This document shows positions 24,656 to 37,728 of a DNA stretch of 64,000 nt, in pieces. Within the stretch, counting starts at the first letter, position 1, and each line of letters opens with the position of its first letter. The position numbers and the translations under genes are program-made. Under the pieces are notes generated by a model. That model saw nothing but the letters and a program-made list of their open reading frames with translations. It made no database searches and had not been told where the DNA came from. Source of the stretch: Vitrella brassicaformis CCMP3155 (taxonomy: Eukaryota > Protista > Chromerida); the NCBI GenBank assembly GCA_001179505.1, contig CDMY01000224.1, positions 1 through 64,000 of the forward strand, written 5' to 3'.

Positions 24656-27600
24656 ATGCCAGAAGGAGGGTCAGGAGTCGCTAAGATGGAGCCGGACCTC
24701 GAGGCTGGGCAGGGCATCCCGCCCCGTGACTCGTCCTCCGTGATCGACGCCACCATTCGTGAGCTGGAGCGCACGAGCGGCAGAGGCGGCATCCGACGCC
24801 GCACTGCCGATGCCCTCGAGAAGTTCTTCCGAATGCACGAACGCGGTAAGGAAGTCAGCACGTGTCACAGGGGGATGCATGGCCTGGCGTGGATTGATGT
24901 GTGTCTGTGTTGTTGGTGCTCGCAATCCACTCTCTCTCTCTTGTTCGTTCGTGTGGTTGGCCAACGCATCGCATCAGAGACGACCATAGCGACAGAGATC
25001 CGAGCGGGATGCGTGACCTTCATCACCATGTCATACATGTAAGGAAGGCGCCACACACCTCAACTCAACTCACCTCACCTCATCTCGTCGACACGAATGG
25101 CACCTTGTTTGTTTCCCGTTACCGCTGGCTGCGTTCGTTTAGCGTCATCGTGAACCCTCACATCCTTGCCAATTGTTTCGAGCCCTCCCGCGGCGACCTC
25201 AGCAAGGAGACCACAGGACAGATCCGAGACCCCGTCGTCTTTGGGCACATCCACGCCGCCACTTGCGTGACGGCCATCATCGCCTGTCTGTGGGTCGGCC
25301 TCTTCGCCAACCTGCCCTTCGGGATGGCTGCCGGTGAGCGGAGCGAGTGGACGGACAGATGGGAGACAGACAGGCAGGCAGGCACCTCACGAGTGTCATT
25401 GATTGACGCCTCTCCGTGTGTGTGCATGTGTGTGTCGGCATTTGCAGGGATGGGGCTCAACTCGTATTTCACCTACGGCGTGTGTTGGTTGCTGGATGTG
25501 AAGCCGGGTGCTGCCCTCGTAGCGGTGCTCGTGCAGGGCGTCACGTTTGCCCTCCTCTCGGTCACCGGCCTCTGCAACGCCGTCCAGGCACTCTGCCCCG
25601 ACTGCATCAAAAAGGCCCTCACCGTAGCCATCGGGCTTTTCCAGGCCTTTATCGGCCTGCGCTTCGCCGGGGTGGTCGTGCCGTCGCCGCACACTTTGGT
25701 GACGCTGGGTGACCTGACGAGCATGAACATGTGGCTGGCGATCAGCGGGGTGCTCCTGATAGCGGTGCTGCTGTCGTTCAACGTCAAGGGTTCGATGGTC
25801 ATGGGTATTGGGTTTGTGACAATAACGTCGTGGGTGATGGGGCTGACCGACCCGCCCAAGGCGGTCTTCGCATTCCCCAACTTCATGAACCCGCTGCACG
25901 CACTCGACTTCCAGGCCTTCTGGGACGACTCAGGTGGGGTGGGGTGGGGGTCAGTCAGGAGAGGGGGCTGCCTGAGGGATGGATGGATGGATAAATGGGT
26001 GTCTGCCTTCATTGTCTTCTTCTCGTGTCTTGTGTGTCTGCCTTATGCAGGGAAGCTGCTGTGGGTAGCCCTGGCACTCCTCGTTGTTGCTCTATTCGGT
26101 ACTCAACACAGAGACACACGGACAGCCAGTGACGGCCAGCCCACTGTGCCTACCTGAATCCTCCTGCCTGTCTGCCATAATGCCTGCCTGTTCCGTGTGC
26201 TGTGCTGCAGACACTGCTGGTGTGCAGTTTGGCGCCGGTCTGCAGGCAGGTCTCATCGACCAGGGCGGCAAGCTGCCCGGCTCCCGCCAGGCCTTCCTCG
26301 CCTCGTCGGTGGCCACCACTGTCGCAGCGCCTCTGGGGTGCTCGCCCGTCATCATCCACAACGAGTCGTGTGCCGGCATTCATGAGGGCGGCCGTACGGG
26401 GCTCACGGCCATCGTTGTCGCCATTGGGTTCGTCATTGCTCTATTCTTCCCGCCCCTGTTTGGGTGCGTGCCCGCCATTGCTGCCGCGCCACCGTAAGCA
26501 GAAGGATTGATGACACAGACACAGACAGCCGCCCCAGCCCACGTGTGGACAGACAGTGCGCCTGTGTGCTGTGTGTGTGTGTGCGTGTGTGTGTGTATTC
26601 AGTTTGGTGGGTCTTGGCATATTCATGATGGCGCCGTGTCGGTTCATCGACTGGGATGACCTCGAGCAGGCCTTCCCGGCCTTCCTCACCATCGCCGTCA
26701 TGCCCCTCACATTCTCAATCGCCAACGGCGTCGTCGCCGGACTCGTCAGCTACTTCGCTTTCCTCTCAATCCGGTCCGTCCGTAGCACCGACACCGAATG
26801 ACGACCGACCCTTATTCTGCACCAAATTTGGCTTGGTGTGCATTTTGTGCATTTCGTCTCTTAATGCATTGTCAGTACGATCATTCTGGCCATAGTGAAG
26901 CTGCTGGAGCGGTGGACGGAGCGCTGGACGCCCCCCCGTTGGCTGCGGTGGATGAAGGGCGGCGAGAGCGCCAACCAGGTCATGCGGCACCGGTCGACCT
27001 CACCCGGCGGATGCGCCTCGCCACGCTCCCGGTCCAACATCGACTACGAGTGGAACATGACCATCGATGAGCTCGAGCAGCCCCTCAACGCACAGCCAGC
27101 AGAGGACAAGGACGGTGTCACACCGGCCCCCAAGCCCGACAACGTGCACATCCCGATAGTGCACCGCGGCAGTCGGCGCAGAGAGGGTGAGGGTGAGGAG
27201 GGCGGGGAGCCCGCGGCGATGCTGTCGAGCCCCGTGTCGATCCAGGGTGGAGGGCTGGGGTACACCATCATCCCTCACTCGACCCGCAACAGCCAGCACG
27301 GGTCGTACGCCTCGGTGTGGGAGGCCAAGGCGCTGCAGGAGGGAGGGGTGCAGTCGCTGGGGGTGGGACACCCTTACATCCGACGCGACCTCGCACCCCC
27401 GCTACCCAGATCGCTCAAACGAGGTAAGGACGTGCATGTGACACACCCACACACATTCATCCATCCATTGTGTTGATTCATGGTGTGCAGGTTTCTACAC
27501 TCCCGATCCCTACCCTGCTGCCCCGATCGGGTCATCGTCCTCTGCTGCCAAGGACCCCCGCGTCACAGCTGACTCGACCGATCGCCCCCCGGGCGGCAAG

Positions 27601-27726
27601 GACGAGACGTCCGTGCGGCCTCCCTCATCGCTGCCAGGGGACGCCCCGGACCGCCGGGTGGACGTCATCGTGAGCATCGACACCGAGAAGAGCGTCGACA
27701 AGGACAAGGACAAGGCCGCCAAGTGA
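24656..27726 (+). CDS. AzgA-like purine permease (NCS2/xanthine-uracil permease superfamily) with long C-terminal tail
   Basis: TEIRAGCVTFITMSY, VNPHIL, ANLPFGMAAGMGLNSYFTY, AIGLFQAFIGL, ESCAGIHEGGRTGLTA and PAFLTIAVMPLTFSIANG. Confidence 0.92.
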
Positions 27727-29043
27727 TAGGAAAACACCCAGGCGAGGTGAGACGGGCAGACAAACGGATTGGAATGAGTGCACTAGGCTTTCTGTCTTTG
27801 TGTCGAGGTGGACAGACAAGTGTTTGGTGGTCGGAGCTTTGATTTTCGGTCGTGGGCGGGGGAGAGGGACGAATGCCGATGTGTGTGGCTGGTTGGTTGG
27901 TCCATTGCGTGTGTGTTGGTGGGCATGGCTGCGGTGTGGTGTACATTGATTGATTCTTCCCTGCCCTTCCTTTTAAGCATCGGCAGTGCACCGCAGAGAG
28001 ACAAACAGACAGACGCGCACTCATCGACGACGCCAAATGCACACACACACACTCACTCAGCCATGTGGTGTGTGTGAGTGTTGTGTTTGATGTTTTCAAT
28101 ACATGTGCTTCGTGCTTTGCTTGCCTTAATTACCTTTGCACACACACACACACAAGTTGCGACTGCATCACTCACCATTGATGATATCAGAGAAGATGAC
28201 TCGCCGTTTTCCAACCCACGTGGCGTGGTGTGAATGAATGGCTGCTGGAGCCATCCTGTCTTGCCTTCTCTTGTCTCTCTCTTACTCTGTCTGTCTGTCT
28301 GTCTGTCGTTCTGTGTCGGTCGTGTCGGTCTGTCGGTCGGTCGTCTGCCTGCATCTAGATGGATGGATGGATGAGCGGATGCAGGCAATTGAGGGAGAGT
28401 GCAATCAATCAAGCACTCAACCGTTGGTCGTTCGTTCGTGTCGTCGTGTCGCCGTGCTGCGTTCGTTGCTGATGTAGGCTTTTTACGTACGTACGCTGAT
28501 GATGGCTGTGGCTGTGGCTGTGGCTGGCCATTCCATTTTGCGGCCGTCTACCAGCTGTCAGTCAGCTGGACACTTTTTGTCGGCCTGCCTGCTACTGCCT
28601 GCCTGCCTGCCTGCCTCTCTCCTGGGTGTATTGTCGTGACGACTGACTGGGCAAGGCAGGCGTGGCACACGGAGCACTCGTAAGAGGCTTTTTACGTATT
28701 CCTTGCTAGACGGGATGGATGGATGGATGGATGGATTTGCTTGCGAACAAAGGTGTGCCCCTTTGAGCACCCTATGAAGGATGAAGGCGATGGACGGAAC
28801 GCACTTGACACATGGCATTCATTAACAGCTGTGCGCCTCAGTCAGCCAGTCCCCCGCGTGGCACATCCCATCCACTACGCAGTGCTTGCTTGAAAGATCC
28901 AACGTCTACCCATCTGTCTACCCATACAGTTCCGCAGCAGACAGACAGCCAGGCAGCTGCCACATGAGAAAGGTACACAGTACACAGCACACACCACACC
29001 ACACCACACCTAGCAGCAGCCCTCACGACTTTAGTGCCCTTAT

Positions 29044-29765
29044 CTATCTCTTGGCCCTGGTGCCCTTTCCCCTCCGCGCGCCCTCCGCCCTGTCCTGCCG
29101 CGCCTTCTTGTTGAGCAGTCTGATCAGCTCGATTGCATCAGGAGAGCTTGCGGCAGGGAATGACACAGCCGGTGCTGCTGCTGCTGCTGCTGCAGTGGGT
29201 GGCCCCGTCCGCAGCATGGACGCCGAGGCACTCACGTCGCCGGCTGCCGAAGATGATGCTGCCGAGTCCCCCGCCCCGTTGCACTCAGCTGCTTCCGTAC
29301 TGGCGATGGCGGCTGTCGTCATGATCTGCTCCGGCGCCACGAACAGCGAGTCCCTCCCCTGGTGGAGAGGGATCAGCTGCCGTGAGCAGTATGGAATAGT
29401 ATTATGGCCGGGACCCGGTGTGTGCAGATCGCCATAGCCGCGCTTGCGTGACGAGTTGCTGGCAGCCCGTGTGGGCTGCTTGCTGCTGCTGCTATCGACG
29501 GCGGAATTGTCCTCCTCGACAGGCTGTGTCACGACCTGGGCAGCGGCAGTGACCTGGGAGAGGAGAAGATCGGCGGCATCCGGGTGACACAAACACAGCT
29601 GCTGGATCCCTGTAGGCAAACAAACACAGCAAAGCATGCGTTCCGTGCAGTGCACGCAGCGCAGTGCACGTCTTGTGGCGGGTGACCTTGAAGCAGCTGA
29701 TCGTGGGAGAATGATCTGAAGGATGCCATGCGAGAGGCAACGAACGGCCCACGAACGGGATCCAT
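29044..29765 (-). CDS. Hypothetical low-complexity protein (two exons)
   Basis: MDPVRGPFVASRMASFRSFSHDQLLQ|GIQQLCLCHPDAADLLLSQV joined by a GT-AG intron; Ala/Ser-rich body; basic C-terminus. Confidence 0.5.
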
Positions 29766-30048
29766 TGACGAATGCCCCGACGCTTGACCCAGGAGAGAGC
29801 GGTTTCACGCAATGTCCTAAGGAATTGGATGGTCTGGTGCGAGCATATCCTCGGATTGGCTCATCTACGCCTGTAAGGCCCTCTCATCTACGCAGGCGCT
29901 CGATTTGCTCATCACATTCTGCCTAGCAGACTTGTGTTTGGTCAATAATCCCGCGCCGGATCCGAAAGGCTGACTGCTGTCGTCGTGCCGGGTGTGGCGG
30001 GTCATCCATCCATCCATTCATCTCGTGTGGTGTTTGGTGTGCGTGAGG

Positions 30049-33000
30049 ATGATATCTGCGCCGAAGCGGAGCAACACGGGGGGGACGGGGAAGAAGATGG
30101 TCATCAAGGCCTTCAAAGGTACGCACGCACACGCGGGACGGACGGCAGGGAGGCAAAGGGAAACACAAAGACAGACAGACAAACAGACAGAGAAACAGAG
30201 AAACAGGGCTTCCCGCGCTTCTCTGTCTGTCTATCTGTCTGTCTGTCTGTCGTGCATGTCGTGTGTGTGCTGTGCTGTGCTCTGTGTGTGTGTGTGTGTG
30301 TGTCCAGAGAAGCCTCGTCTGCCCGAGGATTTTGAGGACCGCACCTGGGACAAGCTGCAGCGGGCTGTCGTGGCCGTCTTCGAACGCAGAAAAATCAACG
30401 ACAGCGAAGAAGATCTATACAGAGTACACCTAGGCAGACAGACAGATCAGCAGAGCAAGCAGACCTCTGCAGGAACTTCCCTCGCTCATGGGTTGGGTAA
30501 ATGTCGTGGTTTGTTTGTCGAGCGCAGGACGTCGAGAATTTGTGTCTGCACAAGATGGCCGCCAACCTGTACGGCCGCGTCGAGAAGGAGTGCTCACAAC
30601 ACATCACCAAAAAAGTCAAGTCAGTGCCCGGCGAGCGAATCACAAACACACAACAGCCACTGCACTGCCTTACCCTCTCCCACCTGTCCGTGTGTGTGTG
30701 CGTGTGTGTGTGTGTGACACTGCAGCTCTCTGTTGGCGCAGGCGGGCGACCCTGAGGCGTTTCTGCCTCTAGTGGAGCAGCTCTGGAAGGAGCACTGCCA
30801 GACCATGGTGGGTCGGTCAGTCAGTCAGTCAGGACACACAGACAGACAGACAGACACAAGGACTGCCACCCACACCACAGCACACCACACCTGACAACCA
30901 CATGCCTCACTGAGTGAGAAGTTACGTCTGCCTTGTCCTCCCTCCTCCCGACTCCCGACTCCCTGCTGCCGCCCGCAGGCCACCCTTCAGAATTTCTTTC
31001 TGTGTTTGGATCGCACCTATGTCCTCGCCCAGCAGAACAGCCACATCAGGCCTGTCTGGTCAGCACACCACAGCACCTACACACACACACACACAAGGAA
31101 GGTTGGACACCAAGGAAACGATCCCTGCATTGACCGAGTGTGTCTGCCTGTGTGGTGTGCAGGGAGCTGGGTCTGTGGCAGTTTCGGAAGCGTTTCCAGG
31201 AGCTGCAGGAGGTGCAGAGTAAAACGGTCGACGGGCTGCTCGCACTCATACAAAGCGAAAGGTGGGAGGCCCGCCGGGGCTCGACACACTCTCTCTCTCT
31301 CTCTCTCTCCGTATGTCTCTGTGTGTGTGTTTGTGTTGTGTCACGTCAGGCAAGGGCTGTATGTGCCGCGCGATTTGCTCAAGACCCTGGTGCGCATGCT
31401 CGTCAGCCTCAGGGTAACCAGACCACCTGACCTGACCACAGAACAGACCAGCAGTCGGCACGCAGACCAGACAACTGAGCTGCCGGGCGTGTGTGTGCGT
31501 GTGCATATGTCTAGGTATACGACGAGGCGTTTGAGAAGAAGTTTCTGGAGGAGACAGCCCGGTTCTACGAGAACGAGGGTAACCAGCTCATATCGACCGC
31601 ACAGGCCGCAGACTTCCTCGCACACGTCGAACGCAGAATCAACCAAGAGGTGCCCTCAGGGCAGGGCCAGCACCCCACACAGCCGATATATAGCTAACAA
31701 GACAGCCTGCAAACAGACATCTATCTCTGTCTGTGTGTGTGCTTGTCATGTTGTTTGTCGTGCTGTCTGTCGTGTTTGTTTGTTGTGTGCTGTGCAGGAG
31801 GATCGTCTGCAGAAGTACCTCGACATCCGCACCCGCAGCCGGCTGCTGGACTGTGTGCGTCGCCGGCTGCTGGAGAACCACACGCAGGACCTCCTTGACA
31901 AGGGTCAGTCAATCACATCACACCACAGAGAGAGGAAAGGGCTGGGGCCATTCTGTGTGCCTGTGTGTGTGTGTGTGTGTGTATTTGTGTGCGTCAGGGT
32001 TCATGTCGTTGGTTGAGTATGATCGCGTGACGGACCTTGAGAGGCTCTACCGGCTCTATAACCAGGTAGATGGACTGGACAGGACAGACGCACAGAGGCC
32101 CGCCAGCCCAAGGATCCCCTATGCCGCTGTTAATCTGTGTGTGTAGGTTGATGCGTTGCCCAAGGTGCGTGCCGCCTGGTCATCCTGCGTCAAGGTCAGT
32201 CAGTAGGGCGGTCTGGTCTGCCCACACACACACACACACACACAGATGTCCAACGGAAGATCGGCACATCATTCAGGTGTGTGTGTGTGTCAATATTGCC
32301 TGTCTGCCTCGATATGATATCCACAGAAGTTCGGTGCTGCGATGATGAAGGACGAGGAGCGCGAGAACCAGAGGATGCTGGTCGGCAACCTACTAGAGTT
32401 CAAGACGCGACTCGACACCATACACCAGAAGGCATTCCAGAAGAATCTCGACTTCCACCTTTCCATGAAGGTAGGTGACTCACACACGTGTGTGTGTGTG
32501 TGTGCGGGCGGCGAGCGAGGGAGCGAGGATGCATCACTATCGGTTGTCTCCTGAGTCGCCATGACGGCGCGTCAGTTTTTGACGGCCTTTGGCGCCACAC
32601 TGTGCTGACACTGACTCTCGTGTCATAGTTACGCTGAGCTACCCTCCACACCACACCCTGCACACCACACACACGTGGATGGATGGATGCCTGGATGTCA
32701 CACGTGCCGATGCACCTGCTGCACTCAGCCACTTGTGTGTGTGTGTGTGTGTCTAGGATTCGTTTGAGACCTTCCTCAACGAAAACCCCAATGTCCCCGC
32801 GTCGCTGCTCGGTAGGTAATCCATCACTCACACTCACGTAGGCACACTGTCTGTGTGTGTGTGTGTGTGTCAGCCAAGTATGTGGACGAGCTGCTGCGCG
32901 GCGGCAGTGGAGGTGCGTCGGGGGTGGGGCGGCCCTCCAGCGACCTGGAGCTCGACGAGACACTCGACCGGGTCATGGTGCTCTTCAGATATCTCTACGC

Positions 33001-34581
33001 CAAAGACACTTTCGAGGTCACACAGACAGACATACAGACATACATACAGACAGACAGACAGATGGCTGGAGGGACAGAGAGAGAGAGACGGAAGTGCCTC
33101 GTGTGTGTGTGTGTGTGTGTTGGGCGCAGGCGTTTTACAAGAAGGATTTGGCCAAGCGGTTGCTGCTGTCCAAGTCGAGCTCGACGGACGCCGAGAAGTC
33201 CATGATACAGAAACTCAAGGAGGGTGCGACACGACATAGCACACACAGAGCTCACACAGACACATACATGCACCCCCACACGCAAGAGGGGATGCCGTCA
33301 CCGTGTGTGTCTTCAGAGTGCGGAACGTCATTCACCACCAAGCTCGAGGGCATGTTCAAAGACATGGTCTCCCACCACACACCCACTCACACAGAGACAC
33401 ACACAGATGCAGCCCCTGTTTCCCTGCCTGTCTGCAGGACCTGTCGCGCGGCACACTCGACACTTTCCTGGCAGTAAGGACACCACACACACGATGGCTG
33501 ACCGGTCATCAGATCTACCGTCATCGGCCGTAATCTCTCTCTCGTAGCGTGAGGAGACGCAGGGTGCGTTGAAGGACGCCGGCATGGAGTTCACCTGCCA
33601 CGTGCTGACGACGGGCACCTGGCCGCACTACACCACATGCGCCGACATCGCATACCCCAACAGTGTAATGTCCTTAGCTGCAGCACATGGGCTGGGCAGC
33701 GGGAGGGAGGGGGGCAATGAGAATGAGAATGAGTGTGTGTGTGGTGTTGTGTAGGCGAATCGCGTGCAGGAGATGTTTCGCCGATACTACCTCTCAAAGC
33801 ACAGCGGTAGGGGTCAGATCAGTGGGGCCCGGCAGAGGGCCCAGACACAGACAGACAGACAGACCGTCTTGACTGACTGTGGGTCACGGTTTGTTTCCTT
33901 CCCTTGTGTGTCGCAGGTCGTAGTTTGAAGTTCCTGACCTCCCTCGGCCAGGCCACCCTCCGCGCATCCTTCACCGCACCCGCAAGGGTGGGGGTCAGTC
34001 TCTCTCACACAACACAACCAAACCAAGCCAAGCCCAGCCAGCATCTCTGCTCACTCTCTCACTCTGTGCTGTTCAGCAAGCTGTCGGGTCAGAGGGCAGT
34101 GCTCCTGCTGGTGCTAGTGGTGGTGGTGACGGTGGTGACAGTGTCATGACTGACGGTCCCGCAGCTGCGGCAGCGGCAGCGGCGCCCTCCGGCCGTGCGT
34201 CTGGCAAGGGGGTGGGGGGGAGGGGCAGACACGAACTGGTCGTCTCGCACTGCCAGGTCTATCAAGAAGGGGGGCAGCGCGTGTCATGGGGTGTCCATCA
34301 ACTCAGTTCAACTAACGAATGCACGTCTTTTCGTTGTCAGGCGATCGTGTTGCTGCTGTTCAACCATGCCGACAGCCTCTCGTGCGACGAAATCGAAGCC
34401 GCTACCAAAATAGGTAGGTAGGAAGCGACACACACACACACACACACAGAGGTGACCAGCCACACAAACAAGTGACTGGCGGGTTGTGCGCAGAGCGCAG
34501 TGAGCTGGTCCGGACGCTGCAGTCGCTGTCGTTGCACAAGGTCAACAAACTCCTCATCAAGAGGTCACCCGGCAGAGAGGT

Positions 34582-34615
<34 letters not shown>

Positions 34616-35405
34616 GCAGAGAGGCAGAGAGGCAGCCAGATCCGGGTGAGAATGTTGGTTGATGTGTGTGTGGCTCTGTGTGTGTGTGGCTTAGGTGTCG
34701 GGCAGCGACGTGTTTGAGTTCAACTCCCAGTTCCTGAGCAAGCTCTTCAGGCTCACCATCAACCAAATACAGTCAAAGGAAACGGTCAGCCAGCCGGGAG
34801 GACACACACATTGCATTTTAACACAACGCAGTCAATGCATTGCATCCCGTGTTTCCCATGTCTGTCTGTCTGTCTGTCTGGCGTGTGCGTGTGTGTGTGC
34901 CATCAGAAGGAGGAGGCTGACGCGACCCAGAACAAGGTCTTCGAGGACCGACAGTACCAGGTCGGTCAACCCTGCAACCAACGAACGCATGCATCACAAA
35001 CACTCTGGCCCCCCGCCCTCCCACCCGGGTCACTCTCACCCGCTGTCTGTGTGTGTGTGTGTGTGTGTCTGGCGTGTGTGTGTGTGTGCAGGTTGACGCG
35101 GCGATAGTTCGCATCATGAAGTACAAGAAGACCGCCCCCCACCAGGTGCTCATGACGGAGCTATTCAGCCAGATACGCTTCCCATGCAAATCCTCCGACG
35201 TCAAGAAACGTATCGAATCGCTCATCGAAAGAGGTGAGGTGCCTCAGCCAAGCCAAGCATCCCCGCTGTCCCACCACACGGAGGCGCCTCCCTGCACTCT
35301 CTCTCTCTCTCTCTCTCTGTGCGTGTGTGTGTGTGATGTGTCCTTGGCGTAGAGTATCTGGAGCGCAACGCAGATGACCCCAACACCTACAACTATCTGG
35401 CGTGA
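30049..35405 (+). CDS. CUL4: Cullin-4, many exons
   Basis: [70 protein letters not shown], neddylation motif DAAIVRIMK and C-terminal [17 protein letters not shown]. Confidence 0.95.
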
Positions 35406-36029
35406 TGCGATACGATGCGACACGACCAGCTCTGGGTAAATGTGTGTGTGGCACTAGCTACTCCCCTCCCCCCCGGCCTGTCCGTCCGATGGAGGGCAGA
35501 GCGGTAGGTAGCGCCAGACAGCGGCCGGATCGGCCGGCTCCTTCCTGTGTCGTGTCGTATACATCTACGTAGCACATCTACGTAGCCAGCGAGAGTGTTT
35601 GTTTGCTCTTCCTTGCGCGTGTGGGGGTGCATGGAATGAAGGTTGGCTGCCCCCGGATGCGGACACAGCTGCCTGACCTGACGGGTGGTCACTGCTGGTC
35701 GTGTGTGTGCGTGTGTGTGTGCGTGTCGAGAGGCAAGCCGACAAGCGGCCGAATGAATGCCTCTTGTGTGTGTGATCGTGGGACGACGGCTTTTTCTCTC
35801 GCTCGCCTCTGTGGTAGTGGCCGAGTGGCCGAGTGGCCGTGGTGTGGCGCCTTGCGTGATATATGTGTGTGGCTCTCTGTAGCATAATGACTGACTGACG
35901 GTCGCGATATATATGCGGACGGCCGTGCCGATTCGTGACATAACCGAGTCACACTCTATCGCAGCAATAAATATTATCATGTCAGCGTCTCGCTGGTATC
36001 CACACACGAAGCTTCCCCCCCCCCCCCCC

Positions 36030-36329
36030 NNNNNNNNNNNNNNNNNNNNNNNNNNNNNNNNNNNNNNNNNNNNNNNNNNNNNNNNNNNNNNNNNNNNNNN
36101 NNNNNNNNNNNNNNNNNNNNNNNNNNNNNNNNNNNNNNNNNNNNNNNNNNNNNNNNNNNNNNNNNNNNNNNNNNNNNNNNNNNNNNNNNNNNNNNNNNNN
36201 NNNNNNNNNNNNNNNNNNNNNNNNNNNNNNNNNNNNNNNNNNNNNNNNNNNNNNNNNNNNNNNNNNNNNNNNNNNNNNNNNNNNNNNNNNNNNNNNNNNN
36301 NNNNNNNNNNNNNNNNNNNNNNNNNNNNN
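36030..36329. other. Assembly gap (300 N) flanked on both sides by poly-C
   Basis: Run of n with C homopolymers at about 36015-36029 and 36331-36345. Confidence 1.
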
Positions 36330-36504
36330 TCCCCCCCCCCCCCCCAGAGCAGAGAAACACATAACAGCACGCCCCATCCGCCATACACACACCCAGGCGG
36401 AACACAGAACAGACAGCAGGTGGGAAGCACAGCACTACACACAGGTCAGCTGCATGGTGTGTCTACGACACTGTTCTGCTGGGTGGGTGGAAGAAAAGGA
36501 AGGC

Positions 36505-37485
36505 TCATTCGGCGTTGTCTATCACCCGCAGCTCAACCAGCTTCTCGGCCGACACCCCACTGTCCCGCAACGCCAGAATCCGACCGCACTCTCGCAGACC
36601 CTGCAGCTCATTGCGTGCCCCAGGCTCAGACGCCGCCCTCTCTTGCAACTCCCGTATGCGCCTCCTATACGCCTGCCTCAATGCGTCCTTGACGAAGTCG
36701 GCTGCGTGATCATGGTCAGGAAGGGCGCTCAACACATCCATCGGGACCTCCCTCCTGAGCTGCTCGATGCCCCGCCGCACCGCCTGCATCCGATGGCCCG
36801 TCACATCACCGCCACCACCCCGATGCAACGGCTGCTGAGAGTGAGAGGGAGAGGAGCCCTTATATGCCGTCCCCCTGGGCACCGTCGCCACCTTCAGCTT
36901 GTGCAGCACCGCCTCCGGCTGCAGGGGGGCGTCCTCATGGCCTCGCGAGATATTGCGCCGTGGGGCGAAGGGGGCGATGGCGGCCGACAGGGCGTCCTCC
37001 TTGCAGACATCGGCATACCGCACGACGCGGGGGCTGAAGTCTTCTCGATAAGTCCGCTCCCTCGCCAGCTGCTCCCTCTCTGCCGTGCTGCGGTAGTAGC
37101 CATCCAGCTCGTCGAATGGCGGCTCCTCGTTGTCGAGGCCCGTGCGCGTGTCGTCTGCCACCATCCCCGTGTGCCAGCCCAGAACGTCAGACAGGCCGCT
37201 GGCACCAGGCCGGTCTCTCTGGTCTGTGTCCTTGGTGTCTGTGTCGAGGCAGCCGGTGGCCTTGCGCAGGAAATGCGCCAGTGACCACTGAGAAGACGCC
37301 GGAGCCGCTTTCTCATTGTGGCTGCTGGTGTGTTGTCTAGTCCCCACACAGGGAGCATCGCGGTGGTGGGTGCGTGGCGAGCGCCGCCTCTCGTAGCTGT
37401 GCGTGTGGCTGCCGAAGACGCTGAGGTGTCTGGATGTGCGCCGGGGCGGCGAAGGGCCCTCGTCCATGGCCATCGAAATCATCAT
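36505..37485 (-). CDS. Single-exon hypothetical protein
   Basis: About 326-aa open frame with coding-like composition and a helical C-terminal part (DFVKDALRQAYRRRIRELQE...ELRVIDNAE); no family recognised. Confidence 0.6.
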   Translation of the reverse strand: MMISMAMDEGPSPPRRTSRHLSVFGSHTHSYERRRSPRTHHRDAPCVGTRQHTSSHNEKAAPASSQWSLAHFLRKATGCLDTDTKDTDQRDRPGASGLSDVLGWHTGMVADDTRTGLDNEEPPFDELDGYYRSTAEREQLARERTYREDFSPRVVRYADVCKEDALSAAIAPFAPRRNISRGHEDAPLQPEAVLHKLKVATVPRGTAYKGSSPSHSQQPLHRGGGGDVTGHRMQAVRRGIEQLRREVPMDVLSALPDHDHAADFVKDALRQAYRRRIRELQERAASEPGARNELQGLRECGRILALRDSGVSAEKLVELRVIDNAE

Positions 37486-37728
37486 AGCTGATGAGTCGGA
37501 GTGCCTGTAAGGCCGACACGAACACGCCACAGAGAGCCCCAGGCTGAGTGAGAGGCGTCTTCGAGCGTTGCGCCTCTGCGAACTAAGGGTCTTCAAACCC
37601 TGCAGCCCCTGAACCAGAGCCCCTGAACCCTAGAGTGGCACGAGCCGGAGGAAATGATGTGTCGGAGATGGATAACCTCGGCTATAGCCTGATTGGTTTC
37701 TCAACAGTAGGAAGATGATGATAGGAAG

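Noticed and set aside
35393-36692. ORFs spanning the N gap
   Set aside because: Artefacts of translating Ns and poly-C/G.
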